Positions 39,237-51,213 of a stretch of 64,000 nt of DNA are shown piece by piece. The position numbers and the translations under genes were made by a program. The number at the start of each line of letters is the position of its first letter. Position 1 is the stretch's first letter. The notes under the pieces were generated by a model. It had not been told where the DNA came from, did not search any database, and was given only the letters and a program-made list of their open reading frames with translations. The stretch is from an uncultured virus (IMG/VR IMGVR_UViG_2061766007_004178) (lineage: Duplodnaviria > Heunggongvirae > Uroviricota > Caudoviricetes), in the IMG/VR virus record IMGVR_UViG_2061766007_004178. One strand, 5' to 3'.

Positions 39237-41448
39237 TATATTCTTCCTCCGTCCATGACGTCTTTCCAAGCCTGCATGTTGCCGACTTCGACATGAAGCG
39301 CGCTATTGCCGTCGATGACATCCTGCAATAGGCTGTGTATGAGCAGAATATGCTCATCGACCGTGCTGAGCTTGGTTTCATTGCTTTCGTCGTTGACGGC
39401 TTCGACCTGCTGCTGGGCGCTTTCGCTCGCGTCGCCGATGGTCTTGCTTTCGACGTCGCTGGCGCTGGCGTTTCCGATATAGCCTGATTCTGACAGCGTC
39501 GTTCCGCTGGTGAGCGCGGCGATGCCGGTTCCCGTGCCTCTGGTCAATACCTTGAGTTGGGAATCGTTTATGCCGAACCCTCTGAGCATGGCTGAGCCGG
39601 TGCCGTTCTGGCCTAATCCGGCGAGCATTGTTCCGATGCCTCCGAGCAAGCCGGCTCCGACCGTTCCGACTCTCATGAGGTCGGCGACAGTGGTCTCTAA
39701 ATCGAAGCCTGTGCCCATCGTCATTATCGACGGTATGGATATTCCGCCGACGGTGTCGTCGAGCATGCTGGCTACGGTATAGACGGCGTACAACACAGGG
39801 TCGTTGGCCATCGTGCTTGCCGTGGCGTATTTGAGGTTATCGTACAGGTTGTTCATCATCTCGCCTGTGCCTATCCTCGTCCACATGCTGCTGGCCATAT
39901 CCTGCAGACGCTTCATCATGCCGCCGTATTGCAAGGCGTTTCCGCCTATCGTATTAGTCGAGCCGAATAGATTTGCCGCGGCTTTCAGGTCCGATGCGGT
40001 CAAGCCGAAAACGTTGGCGAACTGCTGCTGGACTACCTTGCTGCCTTTGGTTTCGGCGTATATGTCGCCGAGGTATTCCACCATGGCCTGCAATAAGCTG
40101 TTTGTCTCCGAATCATCCAATCCGTTAGCCAATATATCGGCTATCGACAGATTGGCTCTGTTGGCGGCCATTATCAATANNNNNNNNNNNNNNNNNNNNN
40201 NNNNNNNNNNNNNNNNNNNNNNNNNNNNNNNNNNNNNNNNNNNNNNNNNNNNNNNNNNNNNNNNNNNNNNNNNNNNNNNNNNNNNNNNNNNNACCATTTC
40301 TGGACCTGATATTCGAACGCGGTTCCTTCCGCGGCTCCCATTAAGGCGCTCGCTTCGTATAGCTGGCTTCTTATCGAGCTAGCCGCGTCGGTCATGTACT
40401 CAGTCGTTTCGTACATGTTGTTCAGGAACGCGGTTAAGGCGGACTCCATGCCTAATCTGGCGGCCGTGGTGTCTGCCTGCTGGATGCGGACCAGTTTGAG
40501 CAACGTCGCGTCGGTCGCTTCGAACGTGTCGGCTATCCTGTCGCTTATGGTCTCTAAGAAGGCTCTCTGCTCTATATTGAACGCGATGCCTTTTCCGACC
40601 AACGTTTTCAAATTATTTACGACGTCTGCCTGTTTGACGAACGGCGACATGCCGACGTATCTGGTGACGTCTTGGCCCATCTGCTTCCAGTATGAGCCGG
40701 CCAGGCGCTGCAGGCCTGAGCCTTGCAGCCTGGTGTCTATCGTGCCTTGTGCCGTTCCGATGTCGTTGATGGTGCCTTCGAGCTGCTTGGCGAAATTGGC
40801 CAATGCCTGATAGGCTGCCTCTCTGACGGCGATTTCCTTATGCTCTTGGGCTTTCTTCTCGGCGGCCGCTTTCGCGTCGCCTTCCGACATGCCCTGATCC
40901 ATGAAGGTTTCGGTCAGGTCTTTTACGGCGTCTTCCCAGCGTTTGCTGCTGAATAAGGCGTTTCCGAGCGAATCGAAATGGTCTTTGCTTCGCTTATAAA
41001 GCTCTTCTTCTTGCTTTCTGTCGAGCTTGGCTTTCTCTTTTGCTCTCGCTGCGTTCGCCTTGTCGATGTCTTTCTGGAAGGCTTTTTCGGCGGCGCGCTT
41101 GGCTTCGTATTCTTTGCGGACCCTCGCGACCGCGCCTCCGCGCTTGCCGCTCAGTGCCGCTTTCTCTTCTTCGTCGATCGCCTTGAGCCTTTCTTGGAGC
41201 GACGCTTTCGCCATGACGGCGGCCGCGTCGTAGCCCATTTTTATCAGTCGTTCGTTGACGACTTGGTTCTGGCGCTCTTCGAAATCTTTCTTTTTCTTGA
41301 TCTGGTCTATCTGCAGATCGTATAGTTTCTGGGCGTTAGAAAGCTGCAGGCCTAATAGCTCATTGGCTGCCCGTTTCTCTGCATCGGTCTTGTCTGCAAC
41401 AAGCTTCAGTATCTTTTGCAGCTCTTTTGGATCATAGAACATGTCCAT
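39236..41448 (-). CDS. tape measure protein
   Basis: Long Ala/Leu/Gly-rich helical protein after tube and chaperone genes; joined across N gap at 40180-40292. Confidence 0.75.
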
Positions 41449-41467
41449 AATCTAACGCTCCTCCTGT

Positions 41468-41705
41468 TTATCTTCTTCTTCTGTTCTGGCGTTCTTGCTC
41501 TCTGGCTTCAAGGGCTTTCTGCGTCTCCTCTTTCTTCTCGTTTATCAGCTCGACTAGATAGAACCTCTCTTGGAAGCTCATGTCCAACACGTCGTTGTAT
41601 CCGATATGGAGGTTGTCGCAGATGTACCAGACCTCGCGCATGATCTCTTTGAATCGCTTAGGTCCGTACGGCTTGCCGTCGCTAGATGTTTGTTGGTCTA
41701 AAAAA
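41468..41705 (-). CDS. tail assembly chaperone C-terminal part (gp51-like), possibly expressed by frameshift
   Basis: IGYNDVLDMSFQERFYLVELI pattern; overlaps previous gene at a T6 run. Confidence 0.55.
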
Positions 41706-42440
41706 CTCGGGCCCGTAGCGAAAGGATGTACGTACCTCTCCTCCACACTTGCTGCAGTCAACAAATAATTTGTTGTCTATGCCTACCATGGCATTGAGTT
41801 CGTCGACGCTGTTGACGATTTTCGTCATATCCATCGCCGGGAGCGCGTTTATCCAAGTCTCGAGGTCCTTGCCTTCAAGCCTGTTGCCGTCGACGGTGTC
41901 TATCACGCTCTTGAGCAGGACCAATAGGTCGAACGCTATGTCGGCGGTGCCGAATCTGCGCTTCAGGTCTTTGACCTGCGCTTCGGCCTCATCGAGCATT
42001 CTAGGCGTCTGGAATCTGAGCCTTACGCTCTTGCCGCTCTTAGGCAATACGATGGTTCTCTTCTTTTCGAATTCGTCTATGTCGAAGTCTTTGACGGCGA
42101 GGCTGTCGAGGTGCGCGACGGTATCGACCAATTCGCCGCAATGCGGGCAGCGGATCGATATCTTGTATTCGTCGCCGTAGGTGATTACCCTCAGCTTATG
42201 CAAGAGGAATTCGTAGTCGCCGATGGCCATGTCGTATACATGGACCGCCGGTTTTTCGATCATGCATCCTTCGATGATCTCGGCGAGGTTTCTGAATTGT
42301 GTCGAAGAAGGGTTCTGCCTCTTCATCTCGTCTCTCGCCGTCATGCTGCGGAGCGAGATATGCGGATCGATCTGCTTATCGTAGATAAGCCCTTTCGACG
42401 GCAATTCTACGGTCTCTCCGATAGTGTACTGTGTCTNNNN
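41682..42440 (-). CDS. baseplate hub assembly/tail chaperone (T4 gp26-like)
   Basis: VELPSKGLIY, SMTARDE, CPHCG and CSKCG zinc motifs, terminal EFFRP; start in N gap. Confidence 0.75.
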   Translation of the reverse strand, partial: XXTQYTIGETVELPSKGLIYDKQIDPHISLRSMTARDEMKRQNPSSTQFRNLAEIIEGCMIEKPAVHVYDMAIGDYEFLLHKLRVITYGDEYKISIRCPHCGELVDTVAHLDSLAVKDFDIDEFEKKRTIVLPKSGKSVRLRFQTPRMLDEAEAQVKDLKRRFGTADIAFDLLVLLKSVIDTVDGNRLEGKDLETWINALPAMDMTKIVNSVDELNAMVGIDNKLFVDCSKCGGEVRTSFRYGPEFFRPTNI

Positions 42441-42612
42441 NNNNNNNNNNNNNNNNNNNNNNNNNNNNNNATTGCTCTAAGATCTCGCGGATGACCGCTG
42501 AGACAGTCATGTCCCTCTTCTCGGCCAGCGCGGTCAAGCGGGCTTTCAGAGGCCTGGTCGTCTCGAATGTCTGCATGATCTTATTGCTTCGATCTACTTT
42601 TCGTCTTCCCAT
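42437..42612 (-). CDS. ribbon-helix-helix (CopG/Arc-like) DNA-binding protein
   Basis: MQTFETTRPLKARLTALAEKRDMTVSAVIREIL; stop in N gap. Confidence 0.65.
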
Positions 42613-42656
42613 ATCGTAATCCTTTCAATATGCAGTTACTTAGTTAAATCTCATAA

Positions 42657-42665
42657 TAATTTAGC
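42657..42665 (-). promoter_or_regulatory. putative late promoter motif GCTAAATTA
   Basis: Exact motif. Confidence 0.65.
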
Positions 42666-42694
42666 AGATTTAAAAATAGATTTATTAAATCTAT

Positions 42695-43319
42695 NNNNNN
42701 NNNNNNNNNNNNNNNNNNNNNNNNNNNNNNNNNNNNNNNNNNNNNNNNNNNNNNNNNNNNNNNNNNNNNNNNNGGCGCTGATCTGTCTCTTGCCGTCATT
42801 TTCTCTGTCGAACTCCTGTTCGTCGAGTTTCGTGAGGAACATGCCCTCGACTTGCCAGCTTCTGATCGGCACGTAGTCCTGGGTGTATTCGATAAGGGTA
42901 GCCTGATGCTTGTAGTCGGCCATTCTGCCGCCCTTGCGGGTATGCGGATTATAGGCTTTGTAAAGCCAAGCCATGAGAACGGATTTGGTATCGAGGCCGA
43001 CGACGTCGTCGACGACGATAGTTCCGCCGTTCCACGTCGGGACGCCTGCGAAGTGGACAACGTCGTTGCCGCGTCTGTAGGTCAATGTCTCGACTTCGAA
43101 GTGAGGCACAGGGCACTTGATTACGTTAAGCCTTAAGGTCTCGCCTGCGTTGGTGAGGTAATCCTCAGGTCTCGCCGCGGCAGGATCCCCGGTGTAATCA
43201 GGTCTGAGCAGATTGGTCAGGCCGTGGACTTCGAGGACGAAGAACCCGGTTCTGCCGGCCTCATAGTTGCTGAGGTTGGTGCTAATGTGTCTGGTATTTA
43301 AGCTTTCATCAAATGACAT
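42695..43319 (-). CDS. tail tube protein (gp19-like)
   Basis: YRRGNDVVHFAGVPTWNGGTIVVDD...W...YKHQATL; follows sheath; stop in N gap. Confidence 0.8.
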
Positions 43320-43336
43320 ATCTTATTCCCTCCAGT

Positions 43337-44946
43337 TTATTCCTCTTCGACAGTAGCGGTTACGCCGGCGACTGAATTCTCGAGGTAGATGTCGATATAG
43401 AAATCTTCGACGGCTTCGATAGGAACGATCCTGATTTTGGCCGTGACGGTCGCTTTGCGATTGGACTTCACTCTGATGATCTTATAATCGTCAAGACCTT
43501 GGTCGGCCTTCATCTTCTCCAATAAAGGTCTGATTCTGGCGCAGAAGCCTTCCCAAAGGATGTCGCTGTTCGGATCGAACGTCATGCTGTCGCAGACTTG
43601 GCGAGCATGTTTCTTGATGGTCGTGCAGAGCTGCCTGATGTTCAGGAAGTGCGATGCCATCAAATCGCCGCCGTCTTCTTTGCTGAGAAGCATCTCGGCG
43701 GTTCTGTTGCCCCAGAGATAGTAGTTGTTTTTGACGGTCTTGATGATATTCAAGGCGAAGTTCATGCCGGTTTGCTGGGCTGAATTCCAGGTCAGCCAAC
43801 GAGGCTCGAACGCGTCGACGGCTTCGGCGCCGAATCTGCAGCCGATGCCTTTGATCTTATATTTGCTGATGCCGCGNNNNNNNNNNNNNTCGCTGTAATT
43901 CTCAGCGGCTTTGGCGGCGCAGGCCAGGTAATGGAATGAGCATGGGAACGTCTGGTCTGTGTAGCAGCCTTTGTACTTGCCGTTCGTGACTGGGAGATCA
44001 TAGTTGACCCATGGGGCGAAATAGCCGGCGTATTTGCTGCTTGGGCAGCTGCCAAGCCATTTTTGGATGCTCTTGATGGNNNNNNNNNNNNNNCATAAGT
44101 CGTTTTATCGACGTCGATTAAGGCAGTGCAGTCGCCTCTTCCGTTATCGGTTGGGAGAGTATTGTAGGCATGCGCCAGTTTTATCATGTTCGCGGCGATT
44201 GGGCCGATATCGGTCAAGAAGCCGGAAACGATGTATCTGAAGTCATATAAATCTTTGTCGGTCAGGCAGGCCCAGAACTTATTGTAGTCGAGGATGTCGG
44301 CTGAATGCTCTGGGGCGCTTTCTATCTTTTTATATAAGACGGTGTAGCCCAATCCGAGGAGCTCGTAAGCGATTAAGTTGCCGTATTGGTCGCAGCGGGC
44401 CTCATCGGCGCCTTTTTTAGCATCTTTGATGACAGCGAAGTCGGTCTCTGTTGACCAGTGCTCGGAATCCCAGACGTACTCGCCTTCGTCGTTTTTGGCG
44501 GAGACATAGATATAATCTGAGTCGCGAAGCTCGCCGATATCTCTTGGGTTGTCGTTCTGTTTGGCTAAATAGAGCTGTTCGTCGTCTTCGAGCGCGGCGC
44601 AGAATTCAGCGAAGACATCTTCGATAGGCTTAGCAGCTTTGGTTTCATCGATATCCTGGGTCTCAGGATTGTCTTCTATCGCGTCTTCAGCCTCGAAATT
44701 TATGATATCGCCATCTCTTTCGGCCGCGACGGCAGGCGTCACTAAGTAAGCGTCTTTGACGTCTACCAAGCCGACATTGAGCTCGAAATCCTTCTGAGAA
44801 GAGACTTCGTATACGCCATTCTCGTCGGCGACTAGCCCGAAAGCCTCAGTGTTCAAGACGAGGCCAGGAACTACGACGGAAAAGTTGGCGTAGGCGCCAG
44901 TGACAGGCTTTGTATTATCGTACTCACGAGTAATAGTTTTTGGCAT
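43337..44946 (-). CDS. contractile tail sheath protein (gp18-like)
   Basis: C-terminal LWGNRT...FLNIRQL...FDPNS...VPIEAVEDF; track breaks are at N gaps. Confidence 0.85.
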
Positions 44947-44989
44947 GTCGATTCTCCTTTAAAATCATTATTAAATCTAAACGATCAAT

Positions 44990-44998
44990 TAATTTAGC
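44990..44998 (-). promoter_or_regulatory. putative late promoter motif GCTAAATTA
   Basis: Exact motif upstream of sheath gene. Confidence 0.7.
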
Positions 44999-45008
44999 AG
45001 ATTAATTT

Positions 45009-45685
45009 CTAATCCTTTTTGAACCGTATTTCCGGTATCGGCTCTATTTCGCCAGGCTCGCTTATCGTCTTCGAGACCTCAAGGCCCCAGCAGTCCTTCT
45101 CGTCGTCCGGCAGCAGATCGTCGTCGTCGAGATAGAGCTTCCAGTTTTTCCTGTATGGGACGCTGAATAGGAACGCGTCCTGTATCTCGAGCTGGATGGT
45201 GTATCTGGTGAATTGGCCGCTGAATATCCTCTCGCTTATCGCGCTCGTGTCCGAGACGGTGCTCAGGACTCTGATATTGGCGATATGCTCGATATGCGAA
45301 TCGTTGTAAGGTATCTCTATCTTGATCGTCGGGTTGTTTATCAGCTTGAACAGGAACGACCTCACGTATTCGTCGCCTTCATTGAGCGTCTTGGTGTAGA
45401 TGTCGAGGCTGTATTGCAGGCGGATCGGAATGACGTTCATCTGATAGGTGCCTTCTTCGTCAGAGGCTACCTTAAGGCCGTCGTAGGACCTAGGGTTCTT
45501 GATATTAAGCAGCAGCTCTATGTCGTTGTTCCTGCTCACCGCGAGCAGCGGGAGCTTGAACGGCTTGTCTTTGCCGTCGTCTGCGGTCAGCTCGAACAGC
45601 TTTTTGGTCTCATCTGGTTTGAGGACCCTCAGCGTCGAGTTGTCGGGAAGNNNNNNNNNNNNTCGTCATAATATCTGCAAGCCAT
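45009..45685 (-). CDS. tail terminator/sheath stabiliser (gp15-like)
   Basis: KLPLLAVSR...IPIRLQYSLDIYTK pattern; position before sheath; start MACRYYD at 45685. Confidence 0.65.
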
Positions 45686-45699
45686 GAGCGGCCTCCTTT

Positions 45700-46026
45700 C
45701 TATAATTGCCCGAAGGCGTTCCTAAGGATGTTGCTTCCTTGGACTTTGCCGGTCCCATACGTTATNNNNNNNNNNNNNNNNNNNNNNNNTTTCTTGTCGA
45801 CGATCGTGATCACGACGTCGCCGTCTGAATCGAAGCTGTATGTCGCGTTCGCTATGATTTTCAGGCATACTGGAACCAAAGGCGCGCCGAACCGTTCCGT
45901 CATGTATTTGTCGAGGGTTTTCTCGGCGGCGTTCTTCCTGCTCAGCAGCACGAAGGCCCTGGCATGGGCTTTGGCCGTCATGGCGGCCAGCTCGCTGTGA
46001 TTCGCGTCTTTGATTCTGAATACCAT
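45700..46026 (-). CDS. hypothetical virion protein
   Basis: 108 aa ORF in neck/tail operon. Confidence 0.55.
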   Translation of the reverse strand: MVFRIKDANHSELAAMTAKAHARAFVLLSRKNAAEKTLDKYMTERFGAPLVPVCLKIIANATYSFDSDGDVVITIVDKKXXXXXXXXITYGTGKVQGSNILRNAFGQL

Positions 46027-46036
46027 ATTAGATTGA

Positions 46037-47827
46037 TTATTTGGCCGTATACAATCCGGTCTTTTCGGCGAGCTTGACGAGAAGCTCTTCTAATTGTTTC
46101 TTGTTGTAGGTCAGGTTGTCCAGTCTGAGCTTGGACTCGATGGCCCTGAACCTGCCGATAGGCAACGGCGTCGTATCGTGGATGTTGTACAGGACGCCTG
46201 TTTTGCTCTGGGCGTTCGCGATGCCCATCTGAAGCTGCCTGTCGAGCCTGAAGGCGTCGATGATGTATCTGATTATCTCTTTCGCCTCTTGCTTGTCGGT
46301 GACGTTCTGAAGGACTCTCGCGACGTCGCGATCGGTGGCGATGTTCTTGTCATCTATCTCGCCTCCGACCAAAAGCTCTAATGTCTGCCTGATAGGGGTG
46401 ATGTTGCGCAGCCTGCCTCCTGGGGTCAGGGTCGCGTCGAACGTCCTGAGGTTGCCGTCCGCGAGCATCAGGTTGTTCAGGACCTGGGCTCTGCCCATCT
46501 GGTCGCCGTTGACGTAGATGTTGCGGGCGTTCGGGCTGAGTTGGTCATGATGGTCTCTCAGATAGGCCTGAAGCCTCAGATAGTCTTTCGTATCGCGGTC
46601 GTAGACGTTGGGGTTGAATATGAGGTTGCTCTTGCCGAACGTGCTTCTGTCGCCGCCTCTGAAATCCTCTTTCTTCAGCTCGCCGTTCGCCAAGGCGTTA
46701 TGCAGCCTGACGTACGCCGATTTGTCGAATTTGGTTCCGAGTATCGCGTTTATCTCAGGCGTTTTCATGAAGCTCAGTATCGGGTTCGTGATATCGTCCC
46801 AGCCGATGTCTTTGAGGTCTGACGTGAACGCGGCGCCGAGATCCTCGACGGCCTGCGCTTTCTTCCCTCATTCGGCTTTGAAGTAGCCGGCTTGGAGTAT
46901 CCTCTTCGCGGCGTTCGGTTTGCCGTGCCAGAACATCTCGAATTCCTCAGGCGTATTGCATTCGCTGTACAAAGCCTCCCAATCGGCTTTCTGAGACGTT
47001 TGGTAGGCGTCTTTGTCTGAATTCTGCTCCGCGATCAGCGTCGCGCCGAGCGCGTCCGACAAAGACATGAATTTATCGAAAAGCGCGATGCGAGCGTCTA
47101 TTTTGGAGTCCTCTTTCACGCTCTTCAGCTTGGATATGGTCGAGATGTTGGCCGTAAGGTTCTTGACGGCGTTGAAGTATTCCTGCGCGTCGGCGTCTTC
47201 GGCGGCCTTCAATATGTCGCCTGAGACGAAATACTTGGCAGGTATCTTATCGGACAGCATGCGCTCTATCTTGGCGCATTTGTCCACGATGGAGTTGAGC
47301 GAGCCTATCTTCTGGTCGAGTCTGACTTTGTTCTTGAAGAGGGTCAGGTTGTCATGGACCCTCTGAAGCTCGTCGAGAAGGTATTTTTTGGATACGTTCT
47401 GGTCTTTGGCGTCGTTTTCGAAAGTCGTCAGAGCCCTTTTGAAATCCTGAGCCTCGTGGGTGTTCATGATGTTTTTGTATTTATCTATGGCCTGCAGGAA
47501 TTTATTGACGTGCTCGATATAGCCATCTGTGCCGGTTATGAGCTTCTTGATATCAAGCAAGCCGCCGCCTAATTTCGTCTTGGCGGTATCGATGGCTTTC
47601 TTCGAATTCTCGATTTCCTTCAAAGCCGACTCTATGTTCCTGATGGACGTGAAAGTGTTCACGGAGCTCTCTGTATCCGCTATGACGGCTGGGAACCTGC
47701 CTTTGAGGTTGGCCCTGGCGTTCTGGATATACTGGAGGATATTCGAAACAAGGCCATTGTCGGCCTCGTCTAAGACGAACCTCTCGTTGAGTATGTGCTT
47801 GACGCTTTCTTCTAAAACGAATTTCAT
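46037..47827 (-). CDS. about 596 aa helical protein, probable head-internal protein
   Basis: Two track ORFs are in frame across TGA at 46868 (FKAE-W-GKKAQ); N-terminus MKFVLEESVKHILNERFVLDEA has tandem L-x-E motifs. Confidence 0.7.
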
Positions 47828-47828
47828 A

Positions 47829-48338
47829 TTAATCGTCTTCCTCGTTGTCGACTAAGACCGTGAAATTGCTCTGGGCGAAATCGGTCGTTACGGTCTTCTC
47901 GTCTGTATCGATGTATTCAGGCGCGATTTCGCATGCGATTGAGGCCGGATATATCATGATGTTCTTCATGCTGATGACGCGGAATACGCGCCCTTCGGCG
48001 TTATCCAGGCCGCTTGGGATGATGAATAAAGCCCCGACCTGCAGATGAGGCAGATCATATCTGACGTGGATGAGCGACGATCCTTCCTGAAGTTCGGCGA
48101 CCCAGCCCATTTTCTTAAGGGTCTTCTGGTCAGGATGCTCTTGGAATATGACGCCTTCAACGGAGCCTGGGTAATAGTCTGCGTCCAGGTCGCCGTGCCC
48201 ATCGAACGTCTTGTCAGGGAGAGGCGCCTTGTAGATGCAGTTGATGCCTAAAAGCTTCACCATCTCTTTGAAATATCCGCGGTGCAGCTTCGCGTCTTTG
48301 CTGATCAATATGCCGTAGTCGTTCAGTTTGTCGGACAT
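47829..48338 (-). CDS. neck/head-closure protein (gp14-like)
   Basis: FKEMVKLLGINCIY...TLKKMGW...LQVGALFIIP; position after neck gene. Confidence 0.6.
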   Translation of the reverse strand: MSDKLNDYGILISKDAKLHRGYFKEMVKLLGINCIYKAPLPDKTFDGHGDLDADYYPGSVEGVIFQEHPDQKTLKKMGWVAELQEGSSLIHVRYDLPHLQVGALFIIPSGLDNAEGRVFRVISMKNIMIYPASIACEIAPEYIDTDEKTVTTDFAQSNFTVLVDNEEDD

Positions 48339-48361
48339 TCTGGCTCCTTTCTCTCTCGAAA

Positions 48362-48391
48362 ATAAGGGCTGGCTATACGTCTAACCAGCCC
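48362..48391 (-). terminator. intrinsic terminator
   Basis: GGGCTGG/CCAGCCC stem followed by TTATTTT. Confidence 0.5.
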
Positions 48392-48408
48392 ATTTAATTT
48401 AGTTTATG

Positions 48409-51203
48409 TTATTTAAGGCCTTCGACGAGGGTCTCGCCGATGGAATAGCTGTAGCCGACGCTCTCGACCACGAGCTTCTTGGACTCGTCGATTGAGCAGC
48501 CGAGCTTGAACGCTTTGCCCTCTGCGAAATCTTTGTTGCAGCCTTCGAAGAACAGCTTGCCTTCATTATGCGCTGGCATGAACTCGAAGACGGTCTTCTT
48601 GCTCTTGCCGCTGGCGAAGTTGATGCAGCCTTCGACGAACAGCTTGCCGTCGGCGAACCTGCAGCCTTCGGTGACGAACGATTTGACGTTGGAATAGACT
48701 TCGGTGAGGTATCCGCCGATATGCTCGTTCATCGAGCTTTCGTCGAGATCTTCGATGTCGTCTTCGCTGAATTCGAATTCGCTTTCGGAATCTTCGGCGG
48801 CTTCTGGCTCTTCCGTTGTTTCGTCTGAAGCGGCTTCGCCTAAATTCTTTTCGACGACCTCATCGACGACTTCGTCGATTTTAGCCTCGATTTCCTCTTG
48901 GGTGTCATCCTGCGATGATTCTTCGAAAGACTTTTCAACCGCTTCTTTGGCAATGTCTTTGACCTCTCCGATGGTGGTTTCGACAGGAGTCTCTTCGCTT
49001 GGGGCTTCTTCGGTCGCAGGCTCTTCTGTTTCCGCAGGCTCTTCGGTTGGGGTCTCTTCCGCAGCCTCATCGGTTTCTGCTTCGGCAGCTTCTTTGAGGC
49101 TTTCGGTATTTAATTTATTTTTGATTATATATTCGGCGAAACCTTTGATCGTGGCCGTTTTGCCTGCGCGATCGTAGAACTCATCCTCATTCTGGATGTT
49201 GTCTTCGAGGAATTCGGCCATGTCTTCGGCATTGGTTATTTTATAAAACTTATCCATAGCCTCTGGCTCATCGGTCATGAAGCGGTCCATTTTGCTATAT
49301 GCATCAGCATAGGTTTCGGTCAAAGCTTCTTCAGTCTTGGTTTCATCTTCGGCCGCAGGTTCGTCTGGGATATCTTCGCCGGCATGCTCGATTTCATCGG
49401 CGATTTGCCTGGTGAATGACTCTGGCGGGAGGTCTTCGTTGAACGTGACGCTATCAACCATCTTCTTGAACTCAGCGTCTGAAACGTCGAGGTCACCGGC
49501 TTTAGCCTCTTCCAGGCTTTCTGGGAGGCTCTTGATATATTCGTCTAACGCCGCGGCGATGTCTGGGGACTCAGTAAGGCTTTCTGGAAGGTTCTTGACG
49601 AATTCGTCGAGCTCTGGGCTGACTGTCGGGGATTCAGTAAGGCTTTCGGCCTGCAGGCTGGCTTCGGCGTCATCGAGCTTTTGCGCAACCTCGCGAGGCG
49701 TGAGCGCCTCATCGGTGGTTTCGATGTCTCCGCCTTTGTGGAGCGTGTAGGAATCCAGTGCGATTACGACTTCTTCGCCAGTCTTGATATTCTGGTATCT
49801 TCTGCTGACGAATACGTTGGCGACGTCTGGCGTGGTATCCAGGAATTCCTGGGCCATCTGCTTGATCTCTTTAGGTTTGCCGTGGAATCTTCCGGTCCTG
49901 ATGATCTTGGCGTGTTTGTCGCCAGCCTGGATGATATAGCCGTCGGTGGCTTTCAAGTCAGGATTGGCGTCCGCGTCTTTGGAAGTGGCTTCGCAGAGCG
50001 TGTTGTTTTCCGATTTGTGCTCGGTCTCGTGCTCAGAGGCGGCTGCCTCGGATTTATTGAGGCTCTCGTCGACAGGGGCTTCGGTCTCGGCGGATTCTTC
50101 CGCGGAGGCTTCTTNNNNNNNNNNNNNNNNNNNNNNNNNNNNNNNNNNNNNNNNNNNNNNNCCTCTAAATCGGCCTGGAGGCTTTCGATGCGCTTCTGGA
50201 TGAGATCTTTGACCTCTTTGTTGTCGGTCTTCTCGGCGGCCTCTTCTTCTTTGGCGATTTCGCTTCTGATGTATTCTATGTAATCGTTGTGGTCTTTTAT
50301 CTTCTTATCGAGGTCTTTGTCGACGTCCTCTGTCAGTTTTGCCGCAAAAGCATCCAGCGCAGCTTCGTTGTTTTCTTTGTCCGCTTCATTTGTCTCAGCC
50401 GCTTGCGCTTCACTGTCTATAGAGCATGCGTCTGGTTCGCTTTCCTCGTTCAGCGTGAGGTTTTCGGATTTATGTTCGGTTTCGTTTTCTGAGGTTTCTT
50501 TGGAAAGATTTAAGGATTCTTCTTTCTTCTCCTCTTTTTCTTTCTCTTCGGTCTCATCTTCTGGGATTTCCTTGAGGTCGAGGTCAGCGTCGGCTTCTTC
50601 GGCCGCAGGCTCTTCGGATGTCTCTTCGGCTGGCGTTGTCTCTTCGGCTGGGGCGGCTTCGGTATCGAAGTCGAGGTTGAGCTCGTTTTCTTCGGCCGGC
50701 GTCTCTTCCGCCTGATAATCGCCGGTTTCGTCTGGCTGGACGGAATCGACTTTGCCGATGACGGTGTATCCAGACGCGTTGCCGCAGTGCTGGCAGATCT
50801 CATTGACGTTGACGACGTCAGGGTTCTCTTCGCTCTTCTCGATGTCTTCTGGGTTCTTATAGAAAAGCGTCATGCATTGCGGGCACTGTACTATGACCTT
50901 GCCGACGTATGACGGGAGCAGGTCTTCCGGGCTGTCTGCGTCGAGGTCGACGATTTTCTCGATCCTGGCGAGCTTAGCCTGGGCGATTTCATTGTCTCTT
51001 TCTTCTTTCGCCTCGCCGAGGTCCTCTCTGTCCATGACGTCGTAATAGTCTTCGACGAGGGTATCGGTCCCAGGCTTATGGGAGAACCTCTCTTTGAGGT
51101 CGACTCTGTTCGCCGTGAGGCCATGTGTCTCAGGGGTCTCGATTTCATCAAGGGCCTTGAACGCGGCCTCTAAATCGAATTTCTTTACGGATTCTTTTTC
51201 CAT
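48409..51203 (-). CDS. about 930 aa highly acidic head-associated protein with zinc ribbon and internal repeats
   Basis: Two track ORFs join across N gap at 50115-50161; CPQC...CQHC; ESLTESP repeats; many ESLxE motifs. Confidence 0.7.
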
Positions 51204-51213
51204 TTGCTTCTCC

